From positions 1 through 50,435 of the IMG/VR virus record IMGVR_UViG_3300031892_000001: 50,435 nucleotides of DNA. One strand, given 5' to 3'. A program made the translations under genes and the position numbers. The DNA is from a virus. Its lineage: Duplodnaviria; Caudoviricetes. The first letter of the stretch is position 1. Each line of letters starts with the position of its first letter. This document shows positions 10,133-17,935 of the stretch, in pieces. Below the pieces are notes generated by a model, which saw only the letters and a program-made list of their open reading frames with translations, did no database searches and was not told the origin of the DNA.

Positions 10133-10143
10133 GAGTAGCCAGA

Positions 10144-10701
10144 ATGTCAACTACCCCAACCTACGGGTTTCACTACCCGGCGCTCGGTGACGCTCCCGAC
10201 GTCCCTCAGTGGGTGCAGGACTTGGCGGAGGATGTCGAAGCCGTTCTGACCCCGGTCACACCGGTCACGGCGAAGTTCGCGACAGGCGCACTTGCCACCA
10301 CCACCCAGAACACGTCCGGCACCACCACCTCCACCAGCTACACCGCGACCCTCACCGGCGGCACCACCTGCTCGCTGACTTTCGTTGCCCCGCCGTCAGG
10401 GCAGGTGATGGTGCACAACACGGTGAACCTCTCGAACACCCTCACCTCCGGTGTGCTGATGTCGTTCGAGATCCGTGCTGGCGCTGTCGTCGGGTCGGGG
10501 ACGGTGTTCCAGGCGGCCGACGACCAGAACACCAACCAGTCCAGCGGTGTTGCGGGTGTAGGTAACCGGGCGACGGTGTCCACACCGATCACCGGTCTGA
10601 CACCGGGCGCCACCTACAACATCCGGCAGATGTTCCGGGTGTCCGCCGGGACCGGCACCTACATTTCGAAGCGGCTGACCGTCGTGCCGCTGTTCTTCTG
10701 A
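10144..10701 (+). CDS. Minor tail/fibre protein
   Basis: TTPTYGFHYP...D.PD.P...LAEDVE N-terminus typical of actinophage tail fibres; Thr/Ser-rich beta domain; AGGAG RBS. Confidence 0.7.
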   Translation: MSTTPTYGFHYPALGDAPDVPQWVQDLAEDVEAVLTPVTPVTAKFATGALATTTQNTSGTTTSTSYTATLTGGTTCSLTFVAPPSGQVMVHNTVNLSNTLTSGVLMSFEIRAGAVVGSGTVFQAADDQNTNQSSGVAGVGNRATVSTPITGLTPGATYNIRQMFRVSAGTGTYISKRLTVVPLFF

Positions 10702-10716
10702 CTCGGGGGGGATGCC

Positions 10717-11388
10717 ATGGCCACCATCGTGTATGTGCCGCCACACCAGGACGACGGCGAGCTGGCGATGGGTGCGTCGATCCGGAAACACCTTGAAGCC
10801 GGGGTCCATGACGTCCACGTGCTGCTGCTGACCGCGGGCAGCGGTTCCGGTGCGCAGGCGGTGGTCGGGCTCGACGACGAGGCGTTCTCCGCGGCCCGCG
10901 ACGACGAGATGCTGCGCGCCACCCGCGCGCTCGGCGTGCTCCCGGCGAATGTCCACTTCGCCAGCAACAGGGTCGTTGGGCAGAGCACGCTGTCTGTGGC
11001 CGAGGCTCAGTTCGGGATCATGGAGTTCCTCGCCGACTACCCCGGCGCGTGGGTCAAGACCTACAGCCACCGTCCGGCGCCCGGCCGCCACGTCGACCAC
11101 GTGAACACGGGGCAGGCCGCACTGAACCTGTTGAACGCCGGCGCTCTCGCGCCGAACACGCTACGCATGTACGTCGAACCGTGGGCGGTGGCAGCGTTCC
11201 AGAACGCCTACCCGGCCATCAACTTGGGGACAGAGACCTGCGCGGCCCCCGCTCGGGTCCGGGCGGCGCTGGACGAGTACGAGGACATCGACCACCCCGG
11301 ACACCGGTGGGGTATCGGCGGGATCTCGGTGCCCACCTATTTCGACATGGTGCGCGCCAACCCAGTCTGCCGCTACCACGTGCCCTGA
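10717..11388 (+). CDS. PIG-L/LmbE family metal-dependent deacetylase
   Basis: PHQDDGEL (PHxDD), LLTAG, R..EM..A...LG and HVDH (HxDH) motifs. Confidence 0.85.
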   Translation: MATIVYVPPHQDDGELAMGASIRKHLEAGVHDVHVLLLTAGSGSGAQAVVGLDDEAFSAARDDEMLRATRALGVLPANVHFASNRVVGQSTLSVAEAQFGIMEFLADYPGAWVKTYSHRPAPGRHVDHVNTGQAALNLLNAGALAPNTLRMYVEPWAVAAFQNAYPAINLGTETCAAPARVRAALDEYEDIDHPGHRWGIGGISVPTYFDMVRANPVCRYHVP

Positions 11389-11442
11389 TGGATGCGGCGA
11401 CACGAACGGAACTGGTCACACGATCACAGTGGGGGGCGGTAG

Positions 11443-11703
11443 ATGGAACCCGGTGCGATCATCGCCCTGATCAGTACAGTGTCGACACTGCTGACGGTCA
11501 TCCTGGGCGGGATCATCCGGTACCTGCTGGGGAAACTCGCCACCGCCGAGTCGGTGATCGACACCAAGAACCAGACGATCACCGCGCAGCAGCGGCAGAT
11601 CGACCGGCTCGAAGTGACGGCTCTGATTCAGGCGAAGCTACTCGGGCCACAACCCACCCCAGACCCCGGTTCATTTCGCCAGCCACCCCAGGGGGCCGGA
11701 TGA
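11443..11703 (+). CDS. Membrane protein of the lysis cassette (1 TM + coiled coil)
   Basis: Hydrophobic N-terminus followed by heptad repeats; position before holin and endolysin. Confidence 0.65.
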   Translation: MEPGAIIALISTVSTLLTVILGGIIRYLLGKLATAESVIDTKNQTITAQQRQIDRLEVTALIQAKLLGPQPTPDPGSFRQPPQGAG

Positions 11704-11900
11704 TGATCCGCCGCAAGAAGAAGCTGCGTGCGCTCGACGACGAACTGACGGCGGCACGCCGCGAGCACGCCAAGGTGGTCCGTGAGGGGCATGCCCGCGA
11801 ACCGTTGATCGCGCGGCTGGAGAAGCGGCTGCAGGAGAACGGGATCGCCGAGGTTGTGATCGCGAGCCTTGAGCAGACTCGGCGGAGGAGACATCCGTGA
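11700..11900 (+). CDS. Small basic lysis-region protein
   Basis: ATGA-coupled; MMIRRKKKLR...ENGIAEVV; resembles small proteins found before actinophage holins. Confidence 0.6.
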   Translation: MMIRRKKKLRALDDELTAARREHAKVVREGHAREPLIARLEKRLQENGIAEVVIASLEQTRRRRHP

Positions 11901-12244
11901 TCGCCTGGCTCGCTTCACTGTCCACGGCGTACCGCGTGCTGGTGTATGTGCTGCTGGGTGAGGGGATCGTCGCGTGTTGGGTTTTCGTGGCGCTGTACTC
12001 GTTCAGCTACCGGTGGTGGCGCAACAGCGTGGGCCGTCACCTGGTGGCGTTGTCGGCGTGTCTCGGCGCGTTCCTCACCTACTACGGGTTGCTGGTTTTC
12101 TGGCCGGACATGCCCGGCCGGGACGTGATCCGGGGTGTGCTGTTCGTGACGCTGATCGTTGTGATCAACCAGAGGCTGTGGGTGTTCGGCCGGTACGACC
12201 TGGCCCGGAGACGGGAGCAGCGGAGGCGGGGGGAGGACGCATGA
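11897..12244 (+). CDS. Putative holin (3 TM)
   Basis: Three hydrophobic segments, WWRNSVGRHL motif, basic tail; immediately before the endolysin. Confidence 0.7.
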   Translation: MIAWLASLSTAYRVLVYVLLGEGIVACWVFVALYSFSYRWWRNSVGRHLVALSACLGAFLTYYGLLVFWPDMPGRDVIRGVLFVTLIVVINQRLWVFGRYDLARRREQRRRGEDA

Positions 12245-13149
12245 GCGTCACGAAGTGCGAGGAGATCAACCGTCGGTTGCGAGCCGCGGGCGTAAGGGTC
12301 TTCGAGGCCTCCGGGTGGAAGAACCGATCCAACGGCTACATCTCGAACTATGTGGGCGGGTTGGTGCATCACACCGCGACCGGGTTCACGAACGCGGTCA
12401 CTGGGTCGAGCGTGCTCAAGATGCTGATCGACGGCCGCCCTGATCTGGACGGCCCGTTGTGTAACTACGCGGGCAACATGGACGGTTCGGTCACGGTCGT
12501 GTCGGCCGGGCCGGCGAACCACGCCGGCGCGTCCGGCGGCCGGTCGATGGGGCCGCTGCCGGTCACGAAGCTGTTCAACCCGCGCGTGCTCGGTCTGGAG
12601 ATCGTGTATCCGGGGACGGTGGCGATGAAGCCCGCGCAGATGCGTACCGCGCAGGTGTGGGCGCGGGTTGTCGCGGATGTGGTGGGCGGCGGCGACATCG
12701 AACGCGTGCGGGCGCACGCAGAGACCAGCGTCACCGGCAAGTGGGACCCCGGCTCCGCCGAGGGCAAGACGATCGACATGGCCGCCTTCAGGCGTGCCGC
12801 CAAGACAGCGCTCCAGGAGGAAGACATGACCCCCGCAGAACTGTTCGCTGCCCGACTGGTGGACGGCTCCTTCGACGAGGAGTTCGACCACACCCTGGTG
12901 CGGATCGCGCAGGCGTCGGAGCGGCTGTTCGTGGTGGCGCCGCAGATGGCTCAGGTGCTGGGTCTGTTGAAGGCGATCCAGGGTGACCTCGACGAAACCG
13001 AGGCGAAGATCCTGGGCGCGATCTCCACCAGCGCGGGTGGCGCGGTCGACGTCGCGGGTCTCGCGGACGCGCTCGCGGCGAAGCTCGGCCCGGAACTCGG
13101 CGGCGAGCTGGTCGCCGCGCTCGGGCGCGCACTCAACGGAGGGAACTGA
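12241..13149 (+). CDS. Endolysin, N-acetylmuramoyl-L-alanine amidase (Amidase_2)
   Basis: ATGA-coupled start at 12241; VHHTA, GRPDLDGPLC, ANHAG, LGLEI and HAE...KWDPG amidase motifs. Confidence 0.9.
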   Translation: MSVTKCEEINRRLRAAGVRVFEASGWKNRSNGYISNYVGGLVHHTATGFTNAVTGSSVLKMLIDGRPDLDGPLCNYAGNMDGSVTVVSAGPANHAGASGGRSMGPLPVTKLFNPRVLGLEIVYPGTVAMKPAQMRTAQVWARVVADVVGGGDIERVRAHAETSVTGKWDPGSAEGKTIDMAAFRRAAKTALQEEDMTPAELFAARLVDGSFDEEFDHTLVRIAQASERLFVVAPQMAQVLGLLKAIQGDLDETEAKILGAISTSAGGAVDVAGLADALAAKLGPELGGELVAALGRALNGGN

Positions 13150-13150
13150 C

Positions 13151-13429
13151 ATGACCGATGGACTGCGTTCGTTCGTGAGAACCGTGCTCCCCGGCGCCTG
13201 GTCCGTGCTCGTGCTGTGGCTGGCGTCGCTCGGCGTGCCGCAAGCCTGGACTGACTGGCTCGGATCGGACCAGGTCGTCACCCAGGTCGTGCAGGTCGCG
13301 TCGGCGGCGGTGGTGTACGCGTTCCTCCGCTGGGTGGAACCGCGGCTGCCGGACTGGCTCACCAGAGTGTTCCTCGGCTCGGCGCAGCCGCCCACGTACA
13401 CGGCGCCGGCTCATCTCCGGGAGGGTTGA
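13151..13429 (+). CDS. Holin-like membrane protein (2 TM)
   Basis: SFVRTVLP...VYAFLRWVE.R.P...LGS...PTY pattern; GGAGG RBS. Confidence 0.7.
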   Translation: MTDGLRSFVRTVLPGAWSVLVLWLASLGVPQAWTDWLGSDQVVTQVVQVASAAVVYAFLRWVEPRLPDWLTRVFLGSAQPPTYTAPAHLREG

Positions 13430-13484
13430 CCACACTCCTCCCGGGCTGTCCGTACTCCGATAAGCCCCGGGACGGACAGCGTCA

Positions 13485-13540
13485 GGCCCCCGCGACTCAA
13501 GCCCTACCCCTCAGGGCAGAGTCGCGGGGGCCGTCTTTTG
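13485..13540 (+). terminator. Intrinsic terminator ending the late operon
   Basis: GGCCCCCGCGACTC (13485-98) pairs with GAGTCGCGGGGGCC (13519-32), followed by GTCTTTTG. Confidence 0.75.
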
Positions 13541-13565
13541 CTGTGTCCAGAGTGGGGCGGCTCCG

Positions 13566-13940
13566 TTACCGCGAAGCCGCCCCGTCCCGTCCAGGAGCAC
13601 TGAACGGAGCCTGGTAGACGGTGGAGCCTTCGGGTCCGGGTGTGGCGGTGATCTCCCCGTCACGCTGGTACGGAGCCACCCCCACCCCATGCAGGCGCAG
13701 GAGGACACCGCCGCCGAGGTGCAGTTCGGCGACCGCCACATGCACCTCGCCGCTGCAGGGCGGCACTGGCAGGGTGAGCGTGCCGCCCTGGCCCTGCATA
13801 TTCAGTGCTGCGAGGTCGGTGGTGGTGGCGGTGCCCTGCCACGAGTAGGTGACACCGAGGCTGGTCGCCAGCTTCACCTGCACGGGATAATCCCGTCCGC
13901 CGATGTGGAGGGTGGCGGGACCGTCGAAGCTAGTCGCCAT
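13566..13940 (-). CDS. DUF4873-like protein
   Basis: FDGPATL.IGGRDYPV.V.L...YSWQG resembles the DUF4873 pattern. Confidence 0.5.
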   Translation of the reverse strand: MATSFDGPATLHIGGRDYPVQVKLATSLGVTYSWQGTATTTDLAALNMQGQGGTLTLPVPPCSGEVHVAVAELHLGGGVLLRLHGVGVAPYQRDGEITATPGPEGSTVYQAPFSAPGRDGAASR

Positions 13941-14355
13941 CGGGGCGCCACTCCTCGCGGTAACCGTCGCGGTCCGCGTATGGCAAGGCCAGCAGGCGCA
14001 GATGTTGACACGGTAGGGCTGCGAATGGTTCCTGCTCCGCCTGCCAGTTGTCGCCGGGCCCGCAGTGCTGGCACAGGTTGGCGGCGTTGGGGTAGGTGAG
14101 TTCGTCGCCGGGATAGGCCGGTTCGGTGGGGCAGTGAAGCGCGAGGATCTTCCGCTTGACCTCGCACTCGTCTAGTACGCGGCGCGGGCTCCACCGGACC
14201 AGGTGGCCGCCGATCAGGATCGAGTCCGGCTGAGCAGCCATCTCGTCGCCCTCGGGGCCCTCCACCCAGTCGGCCAGCGCCTCCCGCGCGAGAGACGCGT
14301 CCGTGTGGATCTGCACCTTCAGGAAGGTCGCAAGATCGGCGAACGTCTCGGTCAT
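13930..14355 (-). CDS. DUF6221 family protein
   Basis: H..RWSPRRVL.ECEVKR.IL..H and PC..LRLLALPYADR.GYREEWRP motifs; ATG at 14355 with GAGGGG RBS. Confidence 0.75.
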   Translation of the reverse strand: MTETFADLATFLKVQIHTDASLAREALADWVEGPEGDEMAAQPDSILIGGHLVRWSPRRVLDECEVKRKILALHCPTEPAYPGDELTYPNAANLCQHCGPGDNWQAEQEPFAALPCQHLRLLALPYADRDGYREEWRPDGD

Positions 14356-14369
14356 GCTGTTCCCCTCAC

Positions 14370-14510
14370 CTACTGTGTCCCGACCCATGCTGCCAGAACC
14401 ACGATCGCGACACCCGCTACCACTGCGAGCACGATCACCGCGAACCTGACCCACATGATCGGTGTCATGGACGCGAACAGCTCACGCCACGACTTCGGGT
14501 CCCTGCCCAT
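14370..14510 (-). CDS. 46-aa single-pass membrane peptide
   Basis: Read by hand: MGRDPKSWRELFASMTPIMWVRFAVIVLAVVAGVAIVVLAAWVGTQ*; below the ORF-track length cutoff. Confidence 0.6.
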   Translation of the reverse strand: MGRDPKSWRELFASMTPIMWVRFAVIVLAVVAGVAIVVLAAWVGTQ

Positions 14511-14522
14511 GGCCCTCGCCTC

Positions 14523-14735
14523 TCAGCCACTGTTTTCAGGATTGGCAGGCGGCTGTGTCTCCGAGTCTGCCACGTCACCCGACCCAGACACGTGGTCCCG
14601 GTACACGCCTATCCCCACCGTCCGACACGGACGACCGTCATGCTCCACCCGCGAGCACCGGACCACCTGCGTGTCTCGGTCCAGGTCGGAGGTGCGGATC
14701 ATGCACCGGTCAGGCTCATCCCAAATCGCTGGCAC
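14523..14735 (-). CDS. 70-aa Cys/His peptide
   Basis: GTG preceded by AGGAGG; MPAIWDEPDRC...RC...H...C. Confidence 0.55.
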   Translation of the reverse strand: MPAIWDEPDRCMIRTSDLDRDTQVVRCSRVEHDGRPCRTVGIGVYRDHVSGSGDVADSETQPPANPENSG

Positions 14736-14749
14736 AACGCCACCTCCTA

Positions 14750-14824
14750 CTAGCCGCAACCGCACTCGCTGATCGTGCCGCCGCACTTCGGGCAACGCCT
14801 CGGAACATGACCATCCAGCTTCAT
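14750..14824 (-). CDS. 24-aa CxxC micropeptide
   Basis: MKLDGHVPRRCPKCGGTISECGCG*; GGAGG upstream. Confidence 0.45.
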   Translation of the reverse strand: MKLDGHVPRRCPKCGGTISECGCG

Positions 14825-14829
14825 TCCGT

Positions 14830-14952
14830 TCACCTCCCCGGCCGGTCGTTGGCTGCGCTGTGGTCCGGGTGCAACGCGCACCCCTCCGGATCACCACACG
14901 TGTCCGTGATGACCTTGACCTGTTCCTCTTCACTCCAGTAGCCGTCACACAC
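14830..14952 (-). CDS. 40-aa Cys/His micropeptide
   Basis: MCDGYWSEEEQVKVITDTCGDPEGCALHPDHSAANDRPGR*; AAGGAG upstream. Confidence 0.5.
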   Translation of the reverse strand: MCDGYWSEEEQVKVITDTCGDPEGCALHPDHSAANDRPGR

Positions 14953-14966
14953 GGGTTCCGTCTCCT

Positions 14967-15437
14967 TCACTTCTCGTCCACCGCATGAGCGGCCAGATAG
15001 GTGGCCAGGTCTTCGTGGGACAGGTCGAGAGTCGCCGCCATCTCACGCAGCGTCGCGGGCTCCAACCGCAGGTACGGCCCATCCCCAGCCAGGACCCGAC
15101 GCCGCGCCCACTCCGCCACACCCGGAGGCGCGTCGCTCTCCTTCTTCACCGCCCGCAGGTTCACCGTCAGAGTCCGCTGGGTCAGGTCCCGGGCAGCGTC
15201 CTCCGCGCGCCGCAGGATCTCCGACCCCGCCACCCCCAACGCCCGACAGATCTCCTCGAACCGCACCACCGACAGGAACCGGATGCCGTGCTCATAGGAC
15301 AGGAGGGTCCGGTCACCGATGCCGCACGGCAGTCGCTCCACTAGGTACTGGCGGGTCCAGCCGTGCGCCTCGCGGGCCTGCCGGATCGCCTGCCCCACGG
15401 CCTTGGCGAAGACCCGATCGGTGATGTCGACGCTCAC
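14967..15437 (-). CDS. BldD-like XRE transcriptional regulator
   Basis: GTGA-coupled start at 15437. The XRE domain FAKAVGQAIRQAR...SYEHGIRFLSVVRF aligns without gaps to the recalled BldD sequence YAKQLGAKLRAIR...SYERGDRAVTVQRL; the C-terminal domain is also similar. Confidence 0.7.
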   Translation of the reverse strand: MSVDITDRVFAKAVGQAIRQAREAHGWTRQYLVERLPCGIGDRTLLSYEHGIRFLSVVRFEEICRALGVAGSEILRRAEDAARDLTQRTLTVNLRAVKKESDAPPGVAEWARRRVLAGDGPYLRLEPATLREMAATLDLSHEDLATYLAAHAVDEK

Positions 15438-15658
15438 AGTTGTCTCCACGTCGGGTCTTGCTGGTCGGCGAGCATGTCGCCGTAGATCAGTTGGCAGGCC
15501 AGGCACGGCTTCGCCCCCGGCAGCGGCTCGATCAGCCGGGACGTGGGCGCGCAGTGGGTGCAGATCGCCTCCGACGCGATCTCCCCGAACTCGCGGAAGC
15601 CGTGCACGAAGTGGTCCCACGGCGACTGCCGCCACGTGAGCCCGAGCGCGTCAGCCAT
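15434..15658 (-). CDS. Small zinc-finger protein (zf-HC3-like)
   Basis: H...EAIC.H...PCLAC pattern; 74 aa. Confidence 0.65.
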   Translation of the reverse strand: MADALGLTWRQSPWDHFVHGFREFGEIASEAICTHCAPTSRLIEPLPGAKPCLACQLIYGDMLADQQDPTWRQL

Positions 15659-15968
15659 GGACCATCACCCGTGGGGGCCTGGCAGGCGCGGCGTTCTGGC
15701 GTACCGTCGCGCCCACCAGGGGACAGGGGGCCGGGGGAGCGTCCGCGCGCTGGGGGGCGCGACGCTCAACCCCGGCCGCAGCAGACCGGCCTCGGGGGTT
15801 CGCCAGGTCTGCCACCTCGGGGCCACCACTGACATGGCCACCCCGAAGAACACGTTGCATGTCACGCACGAACGCGGCGTCGACACGCCGCCCACCCCAC
15901 ACGAGGAGCAGCGCCGCAACAGGCAGGTAGAGGACGATGCCGATCGCGGCTAGCGCGGCTGCGGTCAT
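15651..15968 (-). CDS. Hypothetical membrane protein
   Basis: N-terminal TM segment; overlaps both neighbours. Confidence 0.55.
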   Translation of the reverse strand: MTAAALAAIGIVLYLPVAALLLVWGGRRVDAAFVRDMQRVLRGGHVSGGPEVADLANPRGRSAAAGVERRAPQRADAPPAPCPLVGATVRQNAAPARPPRVMVHG

Positions 15969-16153
15969 GGCCGCTGCCCCCGCGCCATCCCCTCAGCCTC
16001 TTCCTGCGCTGCCCGGATCTTCGCCGCCGTGTCGGGGTCGGTCTTCCACCAGCGCGGGGCCCGGCACGTCACGAACCCGCCCTCAACGCCGATCGACAGC
16101 GACGCCTCGTGGTCGTCGAGGTCCAGCACCGAGAACACCCACGCCTTGCTCAT
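15965..16153 (-). CDS. Hypothetical protein
   Basis: MSKAWVFSVLDL...; ATGA-coupled at both ends. Confidence 0.6.
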   Translation of the reverse strand: MSKAWVFSVLDLDDHEASLSIGVEGGFVTCRAPRWWKTDPDTAAKIRAAQEEAEGMARGQRP

Positions 16154-16362
16154 CCCCACCCAGCCCCTCGGTGCGTCGCTTCGAAGATCGCGCTCATGAG
16201 GTCCTGCTGCAGATGCTTCGCCTGAGTCGGCGTGTACGTACCGACCTCGCCGGGCGGCATACGGACAGCGATGCGATTGGTGGAGGTGAGGAACACCAGG
16301 GATCTGCGGGGCCGCTCGGAGGCGTCTTCGCAGTCCTGTTGCCGTTCCCACGTCTCCGCCAT
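16150..16362 (-). CDS. Hypothetical protein, first gene divergent from the XRE
   Basis: MAETWERQQDCED...PPGEVGTYTP; GAGGAG RBS. Confidence 0.65.
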   Translation of the reverse strand: MAETWERQQDCEDASERPRRSLVFLTSTNRIAVRMPPGEVGTYTPTQAKHLQQDLMSAIFEATHRGAGWG

Positions 16363-16410
16363 CGGGCGTGCTCCTCGCGTGTAACCTTCTCTGGAACCGC
16401 CGCAGCGGCC

Positions 16411-16441
16411 TGGCACGTTCCAGTGTGCGTGGAACGTGCCA
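16411..16441. promoter_or_regulatory. Perfect 12-bp inverted repeat, probable operator in the divergent promoter
   Basis: TGGCACGTTCCA-N7-TGGAACGTGCCA between divergent genes. Confidence 0.65.
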
Positions 16442-16500
16442 GTTACGCAAGGCGAAGTATTCACTAATTCCCAGTGACAGGTCTCGGTTAGGGTGTGGTC

Positions 16501-17349
16501 ATGGCGACCAGTTGGCGGGCACGCGCTCTCAAGGCGGTGCTGAACTCTGCGCTTGAGCAGTCGGGTGCGTCCGCCCGCGAGGTCGCCCGCCAGCTCGGCA
16601 TCTCCCACACCAAGGTCAACCGGTGGCTCGGCAAGGAAGGCCCCGCCCCGAACGCCGAAGACACGGCCGCGTTCCTCGCCCGGATCGAGGTCACCGGCCC
16701 CGAGCGGGACCGGATCCTCTCGATCGCGCGGGCCGCGGACTCAGACCTCATCGTGTCCGGCCCGCCCGGAATCAACCCGCAGCTCGCGACCGTCCTCGAG
16801 TGTGAGCGGTTCGCGACGCGGATCTTCGAGTTCAACCTGGTGTGGTGGCCTGGCCTGCTGCAGTGCAGCGACTACGCCCGCGCGGTGATCTCCCAGGACG
16901 ACACCGCCAGCGCCAACGAGGTCGAGACCCGGGTACTGATCCGCAACGCCCGCCGCGACATCCTGACCCGGCGCCTCAGCCCGGTCCGGTTCGACGCTGT
17001 CATCAGCCCGGTCGCCATCAACGGCGGGTTCGTCGGCGACGACGTTCGGGCTGCTCAGCTCGAGCACGTGCAGGAACTGACCAAGCACGACAACGTCACC
17101 GTCCAGCTCGCCACGATCGGCGACACCTGGACGCCCAGCGCACCGTTCATCGTCTACGAGTTCGACGACGACATGCCCACGACCGTGTACCTCGAGGGTT
17201 CGTGGTCGAGCACGTTCATCGTCGACCAGGACGTGGTGCGCAACTATCAGGCCGCGGCGGAGACCCTCCGCCGGGTAGCGATGAGCCCAACTGCGACGGC
17301 CGGGCTCATCGCTGACGCCATCCCGCGCAGCAGCTTGGAGACGACGTAG
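16501..17349 (+). CDS. WhiJ/Scr1-like XRE regulator with DUF5753 domain
   Basis: N-terminal HTH; E..ATRI..F....PGLLQ..DYARAVI, R..R..IL, QLEH and YLE motifs; followed by DUF397. Confidence 0.9.
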   Translation: MATSWRARALKAVLNSALEQSGASAREVARQLGISHTKVNRWLGKEGPAPNAEDTAAFLARIEVTGPERDRILSIARAADSDLIVSGPPGINPQLATVLECERFATRIFEFNLVWWPGLLQCSDYARAVISQDDTASANEVETRVLIRNARRDILTRRLSPVRFDAVISPVAINGGFVGDDVRAAQLEHVQELTKHDNVTVQLATIGDTWTPSAPFIVYEFDDDMPTTVYLEGSWSSTFIVDQDVVRNYQAAAETLRRVAMSPTATAGLIADAIPRSSLETT

Positions 17350-17531
17350 TGACCGTACCGCAGAACCAGATGAGGTGGCGCAAGTCGAGCCGGTCAGCGG
17401 AGCAGGGGGCGTGCGTTGAGCTGTCCCCGTTCGGCGCGGTCCGCGACAGCAAGACCCCGGAGGCCCCTCACCTCGAGGTATCGCTGTCCGGCCTGCTGGC
17501 CGCGGTGAAGGCGGACCGCCTGACCCGCTAA
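17349..17531 (+). CDS. DUF397 protein (BldB/Scr2-like)
   Basis: WRKSSRS....ACVEL...AVRDSK.P signature. Confidence 0.92.
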   Translation: MTVPQNQMRWRKSSRSAEQGACVELSPFGAVRDSKTPEAPHLEVSLSGLLAAVKADRLTR

Positions 17532-17540
17532 CCCGACACG

Positions 17541-17581
17541 AGTTGGCCCCGGTGCTCACACCTCGAGCACCGGGGCCAACT
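17541..17581. terminator. 17-bp stem hairpin between convergent operons
   Basis: AGTTGGCCCCGGTGCTC-7-GAGCACCGGGGCCAACT. Confidence 0.75.
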
Positions 17582-17593
17582 GCTGTCCGGGGG

Positions 17594-17935
17594 CTAACGC
17601 CGGTGGCGTGGTCGTGGCCGGTCCTCCGGGCGCCGGACATCGATGCCAGTCCAACGGAGCGTCCACACCGTGAGGACCACGGCGCCGACAGCGACCCACG
17701 CCAGCAGCCAGGCGACACCAACCCAACCGGGGAGGTCGGTGGATGAGATCGCCAGCGCGATGTAGAAGCCGACACATCCGTAGGCGGCGCCGTAGAGGAT
17801 GGCGATGAGGCAGGTGCCGGTGAAGCTGGCGACGTCGGCGATGCGGCGGCCGGCGGTGGTGAGGCGTCGTTCGGTGTGCCAGGGTGCGCGGGGTGCGGCG
17901 CGGCGCCACGCGAGTTCCGCGGCTAGTCGGGTCAT
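17594..17935 (-). CDS. Membrane protein (2 TM)
   Basis: Two hydrophobic segments; ATGA-coupled. Confidence 0.6.
   Translation of the reverse strand: MTRLAAELAWRRAAPRAPWHTERRLTTAGRRIADVASFTGTCLIAILYGAAYGCVGFYIALAISSTDLPGWVGVAWLLAWVAVGAVVLTVWTLRWTGIDVRRPEDRPRPRHRR

Noticed and set aside
9449-10701. Diversity-generating retroelement acting on tail genes
   Set aside because: No reverse transcriptase and no TR/VR repeat pair seen.
14523-14948. Single 141-aa ORF
   Set aside because: SD positions support three separate short ORFs instead.
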